Source: the human T2T-CHM13v2.0 reference genome, Homo sapiens. From it: 64,000 bases of DNA. The stretch lies in assembly GCF_009914755.1 (NCBI RefSeq), contig NC_060943.1, one strand, 5' to 3'. The notes beneath the pieces are model-generated. The model saw nothing but the letters and a program-made list of their open reading frames with translations. It was not told where the DNA came from and did not search any database. The position numbers were made by a program, and so were the translations under genes. Positions 63,756 through 64,000 of the stretch are shown in pieces (position 1 is the first letter of the stretch; every line of letters begins with the position of its first letter).

Positions 63756-64000
63756 TAGAGTCCCCCAAAGTCCCCGCAAGGTTCTTGCTGCCCACACCGC
63801 ACCCAGGCCAGGGGCAGGCGAGAACAGGAGTCTCTGAGCCACCCCCCAGAGCTCACGGGAGGGCGTCGCAGGGATTCGCGTCGGCTCCCACCGACAGATG
63901 GCTGCAGGCCTCTGCCAAGGATCCGGGCAGGAGTTCGGGAGCTGGCCTCCCATTCAGAGGCAAACAACTGCTGGGCACCTCCTGTGTGCCAGGCTCGGCC

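Overview
Human (primate) genomic DNA. The coding exons place it at the 19q13.33 EMC10-JOSD2-ASPDH-LRRC4B block. Plus strand: the last EMC10 exons, including the stop-carrying cassette exon of the secreted isoform. Minus strand: complete JOSD2 (188 aa, 4 coding exons), complete ASPDH (283 aa, 7 exons), and the last coding exon plus ~24 kb of Alu-rich intron of LRRC4B/NGL-3. The interval between EMC10 and JOSD2 (~6.3-21.7 kb) is not protein coding. It has minus-strand splice and poly(A) signals, a muscle/cardiac-type promoter cluster and ~14 kb of strong purine/pyrimidine strand asymmetry. By synteny it fits the muscle lncRNA Charme/HSCHARME (recalled, not verified here). Two structures are not explained by the gene models. 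(1) A 14-unit array with a ~130-bp period at 14.65-17.6 kb, made of conserved ~55-bp MIR/L2-tail motifs separated by diverged GA-rich spacers (CU-rich in the lncRNA sense) and older than the Alus that interrupt it. (2) An array of ~14 RFX X-box motifs with a ~29-bp period and alternating orientation in JOSD2 intron 1. All coordinates were read by eye. Exon ends were checked by frame arithmetic, while repeat boundaries are approximate.
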